This document shows positions 55,110-64,000 of a DNA stretch of 64,000 nucleotides, piece after piece (positions within the stretch are counted from its first letter, which is position 1; each line of letters opens with the position of its first letter). The position numbers and the translations under genes are program-made. Source of the DNA: an uncultured Acidiferrobacteraceae bacterium (GTDB lineage Bacteria > Pseudomonadota > Gammaproteobacteria > Acidiferrobacterales > Sulfurifustaceae); contig CAYZVX010000001.1 in assembly GCA_964482055.1 (NCBI GenBank), positions 17,057 through 81,056 on the forward strand, given 5' to 3'. The notes beneath the pieces are model-generated. The model made no database searches and was not told the DNA's origin. It was given only the letters and a program-made list of their open reading frames with translations.

Positions 55110-56512
55110 TGCGCGTGAGATTCTGGTTGTCGCGCTTCGGTTTGGCACTGCTGCTGGGCGCGGCATCGGTACCGGCCCTGGCCCGCGACCTGCCGGATTT
55201 TTCGCGCCTCGTGCGCAGCCAAGCGGCTGTCGTCGTAAACATCAGCACTACGCAGCAGGTGGTGCGCGCCGGCGCAGCGCGTCGATCCGAGGCACCCTTG
55301 CCGGACGATCATCCCCTGGGCGACTGGTTGCGGCGCTTCGGTGAAGGCGGCCCGGACAGCCTCGATGGGTCCTCGCTCGGTTCGGGCGTGATCATATCGG
55401 CGGATGGATTCATCCTGACCTGCGCCCACGTGGTGGAGGACGCCCAGGAGATCACGGTGCGGCTCAACGACCGGCGCGAATTCACCGCGCGGCTCGTCGG
55501 TGCCGACCGGCGCAGCGACCTGGCGCTTCTCAAGATCGACGCCAGTGATCTGCCGCGGGCCTTGATCGGCGATCCGGGCCGGCTTGCGGTCGGGGACTGG
55601 GTGCTGGCGATCGGGTCACCGTTCGGCTTCGATAGCTCCGCCACTGCCGGCATCGTGTCGGCCAAGAGCCGCAGCTTGCCCAAGGAGAGCTACGTGACGT
55701 TCTTGCAGACCGACGTCGCCATCAATCCGGGCAACAGTGGCGGACCGCTCTTCAATCTGAAGGGCGAAGTGGTCGGAATCAACTCCCAGATCTACAGCGA
55801 AACGGGCGGATACATGGGTGTGTCGTTTGCCATCCCGATCGATATGGCGATGCGCATCGTCGAGCAGCTGAAGGCGGACGGGCGCGTGCACCGCGGTTGG
55901 CTGGGCGTGCGCCTGCAGGAGGTCACGCGTGACCTTGCGCTCGCCTACGGGATGCCCAAGCCCTCCGGGGCGTTGATCGCCGATATCCTGCCGGGCGGGC
56001 CGGCCGCGCGCTCCGACCTGCGCGTCGGTGATGTGATCGTGGACTACGAGAACAAGCCCGTCGAGCGATCGTCGGATCTCGCGCCACTCGTCGGGCTCAC
56101 CGCGCCCGGTGCGCGTGCCCGCGTTACCGTGTTCCGTCGCGGACAGGGACGACAGACGCTGCTGGTGGGCGTGGCTGAGCTCAAGGAAGACAGCGCTTCG
56201 CGCTTGGCGCCGGGTGTGCGGCCGCGGCCCACGGCGAACCCCGGCGGGCTCGTTTTGGGTGAGCTCGGAGCGGCCCAACGCCGGCGTCTCAACCTGGACC
56301 ACGGCGTGGCGATTCAGGGCGTGGAGGAGGGCGGGGCCTGGAGCGCCGGCCTGCGTCCCGGCGACGTCGTGCTCGAGATCGATGGCAAGCGCGTGCACTC
56401 GGTGGCGGACGCGCAGCGGTTGCTGGCGCAACTGCCGCGGGAACGGCCCGTGGTGCTGCGTGTCCAGCGTGGCGCGACCACGTCGTTCGTGGCGCTGCGG
56501 CTTGACGGATGA
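55106..56512 (+). CDS. degP: periplasmic serine endoprotease DegP/MucD (HtrA family, two PDZ domains)
   Basis: 468 aa. Catalytic-triad context (LTCAHVV; DLALLKI; GNSGGPLFN) and a position directly after rseB, as with Pseudomonas mucD. Confidence 0.92.
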   Translation: MMRVRFWLSRFGLALLLGAASVPALARDLPDFSRLVRSQAAVVVNISTTQQVVRAGAARRSEAPLPDDHPLGDWLRRFGEGGPDSLDGSSLGSGVIISADGFILTCAHVVEDAQEITVRLNDRREFTARLVGADRRSDLALLKIDASDLPRALIGDPGRLAVGDWVLAIGSPFGFDSSATAGIVSAKSRSLPKESYVTFLQTDVAINPGNSGGPLFNLKGEVVGINSQIYSETGGYMGVSFAIPIDMAMRIVEQLKADGRVHRGWLGVRLQEVTRDLALAYGMPKPSGALIADILPGGPAARSDLRVGDVIVDYENKPVERSSDLAPLVGLTAPGARARVTVFRRGQGRQTLLVGVAELKEDSASRLAPGVRPRPTANPGGLVLGELGAAQRRRLNLDHGVAIQGVEEGGAWSAGLRPGDVVLEIDGKRVHSVADAQRLLAQLPRERPVVLRVQRGATTSFVALRLDG

Positions 56513-56588
56513 GCCGTGATTTATGCGGCCCTGCAAATGCGGTATCCTTGGCTCACGTAGCGATGGGCTGACGGGCCCAGTGACAGAC

Positions 56589-56610
56589 AGGCGCCTCGGG
56601 CGCCTTTTTT
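56589..56610 (+). terminator. rho-independent terminator after degP
   Basis: aggcgcc-tcg-ggcgcct stem-loop followed by a T-run (tttttt). Confidence 0.75.
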
Positions 56611-56706
56611 GATGCACGGGGACGCCCAAACGACCTACCTGCAGCAGTACAGGCAGGTGCAGCGAGCGCCCGTTGCGGCCCGCATCCACATTGTCGCGTA
56701 CACAGC

Positions 56707-58515
56707 ATGAGCGGTTGGAAACAGGAACAGATCCGCAATTTCTCCATCATTGCCCATATCGACCACGGCAAGTCCACGCTGGCCGATCGTTTCATTCAGG
56801 CGTGCGGGGCGCTCGCGGAGCGTGAGATGCAGTCCCAGGTTCTCGATTCCATGGAGCTTGAGCGCGAGCGCGGCATCACCATCAAGGCGCAGAGCGTCGC
56901 GCTCGACTACAAGGCGCGCGACGGGCAGGTCTACCGCCTCAACATGATCGACACGCCCGGGCACGTGGATTTCTCCTACGAGGTATCGCGCTCGCTCACC
57001 GCCTGCGAAGGCGCGCTGCTCGTGGTGGACGCGTCCCAAGGTGTGCAGGCCCAGACCGTCGCCAACTGCTACACGGCCGCCGAACTCAATCTCGAAATTC
57101 TGCCGGTGCTCAACAAGATCGACCTGCCGGCGGCAGACCCCGACCGAGTGATCGCCGAGATCGAGGACATCGTGGGTATTCCGGCCCATGACGCGATCCG
57201 CGCCAGCGCCAAGACCGGTGTGGGCATCGCGGAGATTCTCGAAGCCATCGTGCAGCGCATCCCACCGCCCAAGGGCGACCCGGCCGCACCGCTGAAGGCG
57301 CTGATCATCGATTCCTGGTTCGACAACTACCTCGGCACCGTGTCGCTGGTGCGCGTCATGGATGGGACCCTTAAGCCAAAAGAGAAGATCCGCCTCATGG
57401 CAACCGGGCGCGACTACCAGGCCGAGCAGATCGGGGTATTCACGCCCAAACGCCGACCAGTGGAGGAGCTGTCGGTTGGCGAGGTCGGTTACGTGATCGC
57501 GGGCATCAAGGACATTCGCAGCGCCCGGGTCGGTGACACCATCACCCATGCCGCGCGCCCCGCCGACAAACCGCTGCCCGGTTTCAAGGAGATCAAGCCG
57601 CGCGTGTTCGCCGGGCTGTACCCGGTCGACTCGGCGGACTACGAGGCGTTTCGCGACGCGCTCGGCAAGCTGCAGCTCAATGACGCGTCGCTGCAGTACG
57701 AGCCCGAGACATCCCAGGCGCTCGGTTTCGGCTTCCGCTGCGGCTTCCTCGGCATGCTGCACATGGAGATCATCCAGGAGCGTCTCGAGCGCGAATACCA
57801 GCTCAACCTGATCACGACCGCGCCCACAGTGGTCTACGAGGTGGTGACGGCCAAGGGCGAGGTGCTGCAGATCGAAAACCCGGCGAAGCTGCCCGACGTC
57901 TCGACGATCGTGGAGTTTCGCGAGCCCATCATCCGCGCCACCATACTCGTTCCGCAGCAGTATGTCGGCGACGTAATCGGGTTGTGCGTGGAGAAGCGCG
58001 GGGTGCAGCGCAACATGGTTTACCACGGTCGCCAGGCGATGCTGACCTACGAGCTGCCGCTCAACGAGGTAGTGCTTGATTTCTTCGATCGCCTCAAGTC
58101 GGTGAGCCGGGGCTACGCGTCACTGGACTACGAATTCCTGGAGTTCCGGCCGGCAGACCTCGTGAAGCTTGACGTGCTGATCAACGGCGATAGAGTGGAC
58201 GCCCTTTCGAGCATCGTGCACCGCGAACAGGCGCAGTACCGCGGGCGCGAGCTGGCCAGCAAGCTGCGCGAGCTCATCCCGCGGCAGATGTTCGACGTAG
58301 CGATCCAGGCGGCGATCGGATCGAAGATCATCGCGCGCGAGACGGTCAAGGCGCTGCGCAAGAACGTGACGGCCAAGTGCTATGGTGGCGACGTGACCCG
58401 CAAGCGCAAGCTGCTGGAGCGGCAAAAAGAAGGCAAGAAACGCATGAAGCAACTCGGCACCGTCGAGATTCCCCAAGAGGCTTTTCTTGCCGTACTGCGC
58501 ACCGACCAGAAGTGA
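56707..58515 (+). CDS. lepA: elongation factor 4
   Basis: 602 aa. [28 protein letters not shown], and a LepA-specific C-terminal domain. Confidence 0.96.
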   Translation: MSGWKQEQIRNFSIIAHIDHGKSTLADRFIQACGALAEREMQSQVLDSMELERERGITIKAQSVALDYKARDGQVYRLNMIDTPGHVDFSYEVSRSLTACEGALLVVDASQGVQAQTVANCYTAAELNLEILPVLNKIDLPAADPDRVIAEIEDIVGIPAHDAIRASAKTGVGIAEILEAIVQRIPPPKGDPAAPLKALIIDSWFDNYLGTVSLVRVMDGTLKPKEKIRLMATGRDYQAEQIGVFTPKRRPVEELSVGEVGYVIAGIKDIRSARVGDTITHAARPADKPLPGFKEIKPRVFAGLYPVDSADYEAFRDALGKLQLNDASLQYEPETSQALGFGFRCGFLGMLHMEIIQERLEREYQLNLITTAPTVVYEVVTAKGEVLQIENPAKLPDVSTIVEFREPIIRATILVPQQYVGDVIGLCVEKRGVQRNMVYHGRQAMLTYELPLNEVVLDFFDRLKSVSRGYASLDYEFLEFRPADLVKLDVLINGDRVDALSSIVHREQAQYRGRELASKLRELIPRQMFDVAIQAAIGSKIIARETVKALRKNVTAKCYGGDVTRKRKLLERQKEGKKRMKQLGTVEIPQEAFLAVLRTDQK

Positions 58516-58524
58516 CGGGCGACC

Positions 58525-59319
58525 ATGGACTTTTCTCTCATACTTTTTTTGCTGGTGTGCGCGACCGGGCTCATCTGGGGGCTCGATCATTTGATCTGGG
58601 CGCCGCGTCGCCGGCACGGCACGCCGGCCGCGAAAGAGCCCGTGTACGTCGAATATGCACGGGCATTCTTCCCGGTAATCCTGATCGTATTCTTGCTGCG
58701 CTCTTTCCTGGTCGAGCCGTTTCGCATCCCGTCGGGTTCGATGCTGCCAAGCCTGTACATCGGCGATTTCATCCTCGTCAACAAGTTTTCCTACGGGATC
58801 CGCCTGCCGGTGATCAACCGCAAGGTCATTGACGTTGCGAGCCCCAAACGCGGAGACGTCGTGGTGTTCCGGTTTCCCCACGATACCTCGATCAACTACA
58901 TCAAGCGTGTCGTTGGCGTACCCGGCGATCGTGTTGTATATAAAGGAAAGGTGCTGTACATCAACGGTCAGGTCATGCCGCAAAGCGATGAGCGCCCGTA
59001 TCGGTCCTCGACGCTGGGCGAGCTTTACGGCGATGTCGTGCGGGCCAGCGAGGAGCTGAACGGTGTCAAACACGATATCCTCAAGATGGACCGCCCCGAC
59101 GCGGATGGCATCGACCGCATTGTGCCGCCAGGGCATTACTTCGTGATGGGCGACAACCGCGACCAGAGCAACGACAGCCGTTTCTGGGGGTTCGTGCCGG
59201 ACGAGAACCTGGTGGGTCGCGCCTTCCTGATCTGGTTCAGCTGGGACCTGGCCGACCGCAGTGACAAGTGGTTCTGGCAGAGGATACTGTGGGAGCGCAT
59301 TGGCAACACCATTCACTAG
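58525..59319 (+). CDS. lepB: signal peptidase I
   Basis: 264 aa. Catalytic Ser box IPSGSMLPSL, KRVVGVPGD and GDNRDQSNDSR. Confidence 0.94.
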   Translation: MDFSLILFLLVCATGLIWGLDHLIWAPRRRHGTPAAKEPVYVEYARAFFPVILIVFLLRSFLVEPFRIPSGSMLPSLYIGDFILVNKFSYGIRLPVINRKVIDVASPKRGDVVVFRFPHDTSINYIKRVVGVPGDRVVYKGKVLYINGQVMPQSDERPYRSSTLGELYGDVVRASEELNGVKHDILKMDRPDADGIDRIVPPGHYFVMGDNRDQSNDSRFWGFVPDENLVGRAFLIWFSWDLADRSDKWFWQRILWERIGNTIH

Positions 59320-59336
59320 CACGTCAAGGAGAACCC

Positions 59337-59720
59337 ATGCAGAGCAAGAGCAGGCAGCGCGGCATGACCTTCTGGGGCATGTTGTTCGTGCTGAGCGTCA
59401 TTGCCGTTGTGATGTTTCTGATCTTCAAACTCTTTCCGGTCTACATGGGCGATTTCAAGGTCAAGAGTGCGCTCGACAGTCTCGCCAGGCAGCAGGATAT
59501 CGCCAGCATGAGCAAGACAGATATCGCCTACGCCCTGGAAAAGCGTTTCGATGTTGACGACATCAGGAATGTGGACCTCAAGCAGGCCCTGACGATCGAG
59601 CCGCGCGGAAAGGCGCGGGTGGTCCGCATCCGTTACGAGGCGGTCGTCCCGATGGTCGCGAACATCTCTGCGCTGGTTGAGTTCGATCACAGCCGCGAGG
59701 TCGCCGGGAGTGGACAGTAG
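59337..59720 (+). CDS. DUF4845-like small membrane-anchored protein (conserved lepB-rnc spacer gene)
   Basis: ATG at 59337 follows AAGGAGA. 127 aa with an N-terminal TM segment (FWGMLFVLSVIAVVMFLIF). It occupies the same position as the hypothetical gene between lepB and rnc in Pseudomonas. Confidence 0.7.
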   Translation: MQSKSRQRGMTFWGMLFVLSVIAVVMFLIFKLFPVYMGDFKVKSALDSLARQQDIASMSKTDIAYALEKRFDVDDIRNVDLKQALTIEPRGKARVVRIRYEAVVPMVANISALVEFDHSREVAGSGQ

Positions 59721-60411
59721 GGCGCACGCCGAGCTATGCCGGCGGCTGAACTACGAGTTCCGCGATCCCAGCCTGCTTGAACGCGCCCTCACGCATCGCA
59801 GCAAGAGCGACCGCAACTACGAGCGCCTCGAGTTTCTTGGCGATAGCGTCCTCAATCTCGCCATATCGACGCTGCTTTACGACCGTTACCCCGATTTGTC
59901 CGAAGGCGAGCTGACGCGCCTGCGCGCCAGCCTGGTGAGGCAACAGACACTGGCGAGCCTGGCGCGCCAGATCGAGCTTGGCCAGCATCTGGAGCTTGGC
60001 GCCGGCGAGCTCAAGAGCGGCGGCTTTGATCGCGACTCGATCCTGGCCGATTCGCTGGAGGCGATCTTCGGCGCGGTTTACCAGGACGGCGGTCAGGCCG
60101 CGGCGGCTTCGGTCATAGCGGCGCTCTACAACGAAACGTTGCAAGCGCTCGATCCGCGCGCGATCCCCAAGGACCCGAAGACGGAATTGCAGGAGCTCCT
60201 GCAAAAGCGCGGCCTGCCGACGCCAGCCTACCGCGTCTTGGAGGTAAGCGGGGAACCGCACAGCCAGCACTTTGTGGTGGAGTGCGAGGTAGCCGCGTTG
60301 CCCAAGCTGGCGCGCGGCGAAGGCGCCAGTCGGCGCGGTGCCGAGCAGGCGGCCGCCGCCGAGCTTCTGCGCCAGTTGCGCATTGCCGGCGGGGCGCCAC
60401 GTTCGGCATGA
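59710..60411 (+). CDS. rnc: ribonuclease III
   Basis: In frame with ORF 59677..60411. GTG 59710 is preferred by alignment to the E. coli N-terminus; TTG 59677 is possible. Signature ERLEFLGDSVL, plus a dsRBD. Confidence 0.93.
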   Translation: MDSRAHAELCRRLNYEFRDPSLLERALTHRSKSDRNYERLEFLGDSVLNLAISTLLYDRYPDLSEGELTRLRASLVRQQTLASLARQIELGQHLELGAGELKSGGFDRDSILADSLEAIFGAVYQDGGQAAAASVIAALYNETLQALDPRAIPKDPKTELQELLQKRGLPTPAYRVLEVSGEPHSQHFVVECEVAALPKLARGEGASRRGAEQAAAAELLRQLRIAGGAPRSA

Positions 60412-61307
60412 GCGACTCCCTGCATTGCGGCGTCGTGGCGCTGGTAGGGCGCCCGAACGTCGGCAAGTCGACTCTGCTCAACCGGCTGGTGGGGGAACGG
60501 CTGAGCATTACCTCGCAGCGACCGCAGACCACGCGTCACCGCATACTCGGCATCAGGACGCGGGAGCGCGGCCAGATCGTCTACGTCGACACCCCGGGCC
60601 TGCATCGCGACGTGCGCAAGCCGCTCAACCGCTACATGAACCGCGTCGCGCGCGCCAGCCTCGCCGGCGTAGATTGTCTCTTGCTCGTCATCGACGCCCA
60701 GGGCTGGGTCGAGGCCGACAACTACCCGCTGCAACTGGTACGCGAGCAGCGCTGTCCGGTGATCCTCGTGATCAACAAAATCGACCGCCTCGCCACGCGC
60801 AGCGCGTTGTTGCCCTTGATCGACAGCCTCAGTCACAAGATGAGCTTCGCCGAGATCGTGCCGGTGTCGGCGCTCAAAGGCACCAACGTGTCGGATCTGG
60901 AGGATGCAGTCTTGCGGCACCTGCCGGTCCAGCCCCCGCTGTACGCGGCCGAGCAGCTGACGGACAAGAGCGAGCGTTTCCTCGCCGCCGAGTTCATCCG
61001 CGAGCAGGTGTGCCGCGGCTTCGGGCAGGAGGTGCCCTACAGCGCTACGGTGCGGATCGAACAGTTTCGCCACAGCGGGGGCACGCGCCATATCGAGGCC
61101 ACCATCCTCGTGGAGAAGGAAGGCCAGAAGGGAATCCTCATCGGCAAGGGTGGCGAACGCCTGAAGGCAATTGGCACGCGCGCCCGATCGGCCATGCAAA
61201 GGCTGTTTGGCGGCAAAGTGCATCTGCAACTTTGGGTCAAGGTCAAGCGCGGATGGTCGGAGAGCGAACAGGCGCTCAAGGCGCTCGGCTACACGGAGGA
61301 ACCCTAG
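60408..61307 (+). CDS. era: GTPase Era
   Basis: The ATG at 60408 overlaps the rnc stop. GRPNVGKSTLLN, DTPG, NKID and a KH domain. Confidence 0.95.
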   Translation: MSDSLHCGVVALVGRPNVGKSTLLNRLVGERLSITSQRPQTTRHRILGIRTRERGQIVYVDTPGLHRDVRKPLNRYMNRVARASLAGVDCLLLVIDAQGWVEADNYPLQLVREQRCPVILVINKIDRLATRSALLPLIDSLSHKMSFAEIVPVSALKGTNVSDLEDAVLRHLPVQPPLYAAEQLTDKSERFLAAEFIREQVCRGFGQEVPYSATVRIEQFRHSGGTRHIEATILVEKEGQKGILIGKGGERLKAIGTRARSAMQRLFGGKVHLQLWVKVKRGWSESEQALKALGYTEEP

Positions 61308-61308
61308 C

Positions 61309-62058
61309 GTGCGGGTCGCGGCCGAACCGGCGTTCGTCCTGCATGCTCGGGACTACAGCGAGAGCAGCCTGCTGCTCGAGGTCTTCGCCGCACGCCATGG
61401 ACGCCTCGGGATCCTGGCGAAGGGCGCGCGGCGCCCCAGAAGCCCGTGGCGGGGAGTGCTCAAACCGTTCCAGCCGCTGCTGCTGAGCTGGAGTGGGCGC
61501 GGCGAGCTCGCGATTCTGACCGGGGCGGAGACCGAACGCGGCGCGGACGGCCTGACCGGGCTGGCGGTGTTCTTCGGCTTCTATCTGAACGAGCTGCTCG
61601 TGCGGCTGCTGCACCGCCACGACCCGCACGAGGCGCTGTACGGGGCCTATCGCCAAGCGCTCTTGAGCCTCGGTCGCGGGGAGGAACACGAAGCGGTGCT
61701 GCGCATTTTCGAGAAGCACCTGCTGGGCGAGCTCGGCTACGGCCTGGTGCTCGATCACGACATCGACAGCGCGCCGCTCGACGCGCAGGCCGTGTATGAT
61801 TACCTGCCGGAACGCGGCCCGCGCCGCCTCTCGAGCGACGCAGGTCCCGGGGAGGGCGTTTTGATCCGCGGCGCGAGCCTGCTGGCACTCGCGCGCGAGC
61901 GGTTCGATGACGAGGGTATGCTGCGCGAGGTGAAAACGCTGATGCGCGTGGCCCTTGCGCGCCACCTCGGCGACAAACCGCTCAACAGCCGGCGCCTCTA
62001 TCAAAGTGTCATGGCGGCACGTAGCAGGAACGGCACACGGAGCATCGGCACCACATGA
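61309..62058 (+). CDS. recO: DNA repair protein RecO
   Basis: GTG at 61309 follows [25 protein letters not shown] is typical of the RecO OB-fold N-terminus. Confidence 0.9.
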   Translation: MRVAAEPAFVLHARDYSESSLLLEVFAARHGRLGILAKGARRPRSPWRGVLKPFQPLLLSWSGRGELAILTGAETERGADGLTGLAVFFGFYLNELLVRLLHRHDPHEALYGAYRQALLSLGRGEEHEAVLRIFEKHLLGELGYGLVLDHDIDSAPLDAQAVYDYLPERGPRRLSSDAGPGEGVLIRGASLLALARERFDDEGMLREVKTLMRVALARHLGDKPLNSRRLYQSVMAARSRNGTRSIGTT

Positions 62059-62786
62059 TCAGTCTGGGCGTCAACATCGACCATGTCGCGACCTTGCGCC
62101 AAGCGCGCGGTACGCGTTATCCCGATCCGGTGCACGCGGCCATCGCGGCAGAGCAGGCCGGCGCCGACGCCATTACGCTGCACCTGCGTGAGGATCGTCG
62201 GCATATCCAGGAGCGCGATGTCGAGATGCTGCGCGACATCCTGCAGACCCGCATGAATCTGGAGATGGCCGTGACCGACGACATGCTGGCGTTCGCGCGG
62301 CGCGTCCGCCCGCACGATTGCTGTCTCGTGCCGGAGCGTCGCCAGGAGCTCACCACCGAGGGCGGGCTCGATGTCGCGGGACAGCTGCGGCGCATCCGCG
62401 ACGCCTGCGCGCGCCTGGCCGAGGCCGGTATCCGCGTGTCGCTGTTCGTCGACCCGGACCCCCGCCAGATCGAGGCCGCCGTGCAGAGCGGGGCGCCGGT
62501 AATCGAAATTCACACCGGTCACTATGCCGAAGCCGGTGACCCGGTGATCTGGCGCGAAGAGCTCGCGCGTATCGAGCAGGCCGTGGTGCAAGGGCGCGAG
62601 GCGCGCCTGCAGGTCAACGCCGGTCACGGCCTCAACTACCACAATGTGCAGTCCATTGCCGCCATCCCGGGCGTATCGGAGCTCAACATCGGTCACGCCA
62701 TCGTCGCGCGCGCCTTGTTCACCGGATTCGGCGAAGCGGTGCGCGAAATGAAGCGCCTCATGGTCGAGGCCGCCACGCACAGATGA
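62055..62786 (+). CDS. pdxJ: pyridoxine 5'-phosphate synthase
   Basis: 243 aa. [25 protein letters not shown] and NAGHGLNY. Confidence 0.95.
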   Translation: MISLGVNIDHVATLRQARGTRYPDPVHAAIAAEQAGADAITLHLREDRRHIQERDVEMLRDILQTRMNLEMAVTDDMLAFARRVRPHDCCLVPERRQELTTEGGLDVAGQLRRIRDACARLAEAGIRVSLFVDPDPRQIEAAVQSGAPVIEIHTGHYAEAGDPVIWREELARIEQAVVQGREARLQVNAGHGLNYHNVQSIAAIPGVSELNIGHAIVARALFTGFGEAVREMKRLMVEAATHR

Positions 62787-63163
62787 TCTTCGGCATCGGC
62801 ACCGACATCGTGCGCGTTTCGCGCATGCGAAAGAATCTCGAGCGCTACGGCCAGCGTTTCGCGGAGCGCATCCTCACGGACCACGAGATGGAGGAGTTCC
62901 GCCGCTCGGCCCGCCCCGCGCATTACCTTGCGCGCCGCTTCGCCGCCAAGGAGGCGGCCGCCAAGGCACTCGGCACCGGGTTCGCCGGCGGCGTGCAACT
63001 GCGCCACATCGGCGTGACCCATGACGCCGCCGGTAAACCGCGGCTCGAATTCAGCGGCCGCGCAGCCGAGGTGCTGCACGAGCGGCGCATCGCGATCACG
63101 CACATCAGCCTCTCCGACGAAGAGGACCACGCGGTGGCCTTCGTCACCCTCGAAACGCCCTGA
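62783..63163 (+). CDS. acpS: holo-[acyl-carrier-protein] synthase
   Basis: 126 aa. [27 protein letters not shown] and [13 protein letters not shown]. Confidence 0.93.
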   Translation: MIFGIGTDIVRVSRMRKNLERYGQRFAERILTDHEMEEFRRSARPAHYLARRFAAKEAAAKALGTGFAGGVQLRHIGVTHDAAGKPRLEFSGRAAEVLHERRIAITHISLSDEEDHAVAFVTLETP

Positions 63164-63350
63164 CGGATCGGCGGACACACCCGCCGCCGGCGGGCTTGCG
63201 GCAGTCTCGTATTCCTGCGAGGACGCGAATAGCGCTGACCCCCGGCTCTTTCCGCTGCACGAAGTCCACAGCCTCATCGGGTGCCCGGCCTGTCCGTGCG
63301 GGATACATCCCTCGGGCACATCTTTTGCAATTCTATCCTATGAGGCCTGA

Positions 63351-63364
63351 TTGATCTCGATCAA
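63351..63364. promoter_or_regulatory. perfect FNR/Anr-type box
   Basis: TTGAT-ctcg-ATCAA, centred about 62 nt upstream of the ATG at 63419. A TAGCAT hexamer (63387-63392) sits where a -10 would lie for a class II (-41.5) arrangement. Confidence 0.55.
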
Positions 63365-63418
63365 CTCAAGGCCACCCGTTCCTGTTTAGCATTATCGGTG
63401 CAAGCGCGTCCGTTGCAC

Positions 63419-64000
63419 ATGAAAAACAACCGTAGAAATCGCCACGCTTGTCCCGCGTGGACGCAAATTGCCGGCCTCGCGTTTGCGCTCTTCACGGCTG
63501 CTCCTGGTTTTGCTCAGGGGGCCGAGCCGCCACCGGACGCTTGGCTTGAGCGGATCCTCGCAAGCCTGCAGCAACTCGAAACGCAAGCACAGGATCAGGC
63601 AGCCCGGGCCGACCGCAAGATCCTTGCCGCCGAGCAGGTGATCCGCCAAAGCACGGAGGCATTCGCCGCCGCTGAAGCGGCCGCAAACGCCACCGCTCGC
63701 GACACTGCCCGCCAGGCGCTTGCGCGCGCCACGGCCGCCGAGGCCCGCGCCAGGCGTCTGCGCGAGGCGGCCGAGGTCAATGCGCATCGTGCGCGTGCAG
63801 CCGCCCGCTCCGTGCGGCGACTGGCTGACACGGCAAGGGAGATCCAGGCGAAGGCGTTGCTCGTGTTCCAGAAGGGCGACGTGCGGATTTCAAGCCCGCA
63901 AGGTGCCCGGCAGACTTCCGATCCTTCCGTGGCGCGACCGCTGCAAAGTGGAGATATGTTGCGCACGGGCCCAGGCGGCTTTGCGCAGTTATTCCTCGGT
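63419..64000 (+). CDS. secreted Ala-rich coiled-coil protein with the start of a FecR-like domain (partial; continues beyond the window)
   Basis: ATG at 63419, open to the window end (194 codons), so absent from the ORF track. Signal peptide ...IAGLAFALFTAAPGFAQG, then an Ala/Arg-rich helical region, then VFQKGDVRIS...LQSGDMLRTGPGGFAQLFLG, which resembles the FecR-domain start. Confidence 0.55.
   Translation, partial: MKNNRRNRHACPAWTQIAGLAFALFTAAPGFAQGAEPPPDAWLERILASLQQLETQAQDQAARADRKILAAEQVIRQSTEAFAAAEAAANATARDTARQALARATAAEARARRLREAAEVNAHRARAAARSVRRLADTAREIQAKALLVFQKGDVRISSPQGARQTSDPSVARPLQSGDMLRTGPGGFAQLFLG

Overview
High-GC bacterial chromosome segment whose gene order resembles Pseudomonas/Xanthomonas-type gammaproteobacteria. 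It is almost wall-to-wall conserved housekeeping operons. In order: orn / queG / nnr-tsaE-amiB; a liv-type branched-chain amino-acid ABC transporter followed by an NSS symporter; glnD-map; rpsB-tsf-pyrH-frr-uppS-cdsA-dxr-rseP-bamA-skp-lpxD-fabZ-lpxA-lpxB-rnhB-dnaE-accA-tilS-pyrG-kdsA-eno-ftsB; ygfZ / sdhCDAB-sdhE-ygfX; nadB / rpoE-rseA-rseB-degP; lepA-lepB-DUF4845-rnc-era-recO-pdxJ-acpS. I found no rRNA, tRNA, CRISPR array, transposase, integrase or recognisable defence genes. The many long ORFs antisense to these genes are high-GC artefacts. I do not see a convincing new multi-gene system. The only accessory-looking stretch is about 42.3-46.0 kb. It starts with a structured 108-bp tandem repeat that shows compensatory hairpin substitutions. 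It also holds a translationally coupled usp plus unknown membrane-anchored protein pair. Next to that is a YeiH/UPF0324-family transporter with a large hydrophilic insertion and an unlisted 42-aa membrane peptide, all behind an AT-rich promoter region containing a palindrome. Other points worth a look: the ygfZ / sdhCDAB-sdhE-ygfX maturation supercluster, a palindromic GGTTTC/GAAACC element between sdhA and sdhB, a sigma-E type promoter upstream of rpoE, and a perfect FNR/Anr box upstream of the last (partial) gene. All functional calls rest on my reading of the translated motifs and on synteny; no database search was run.
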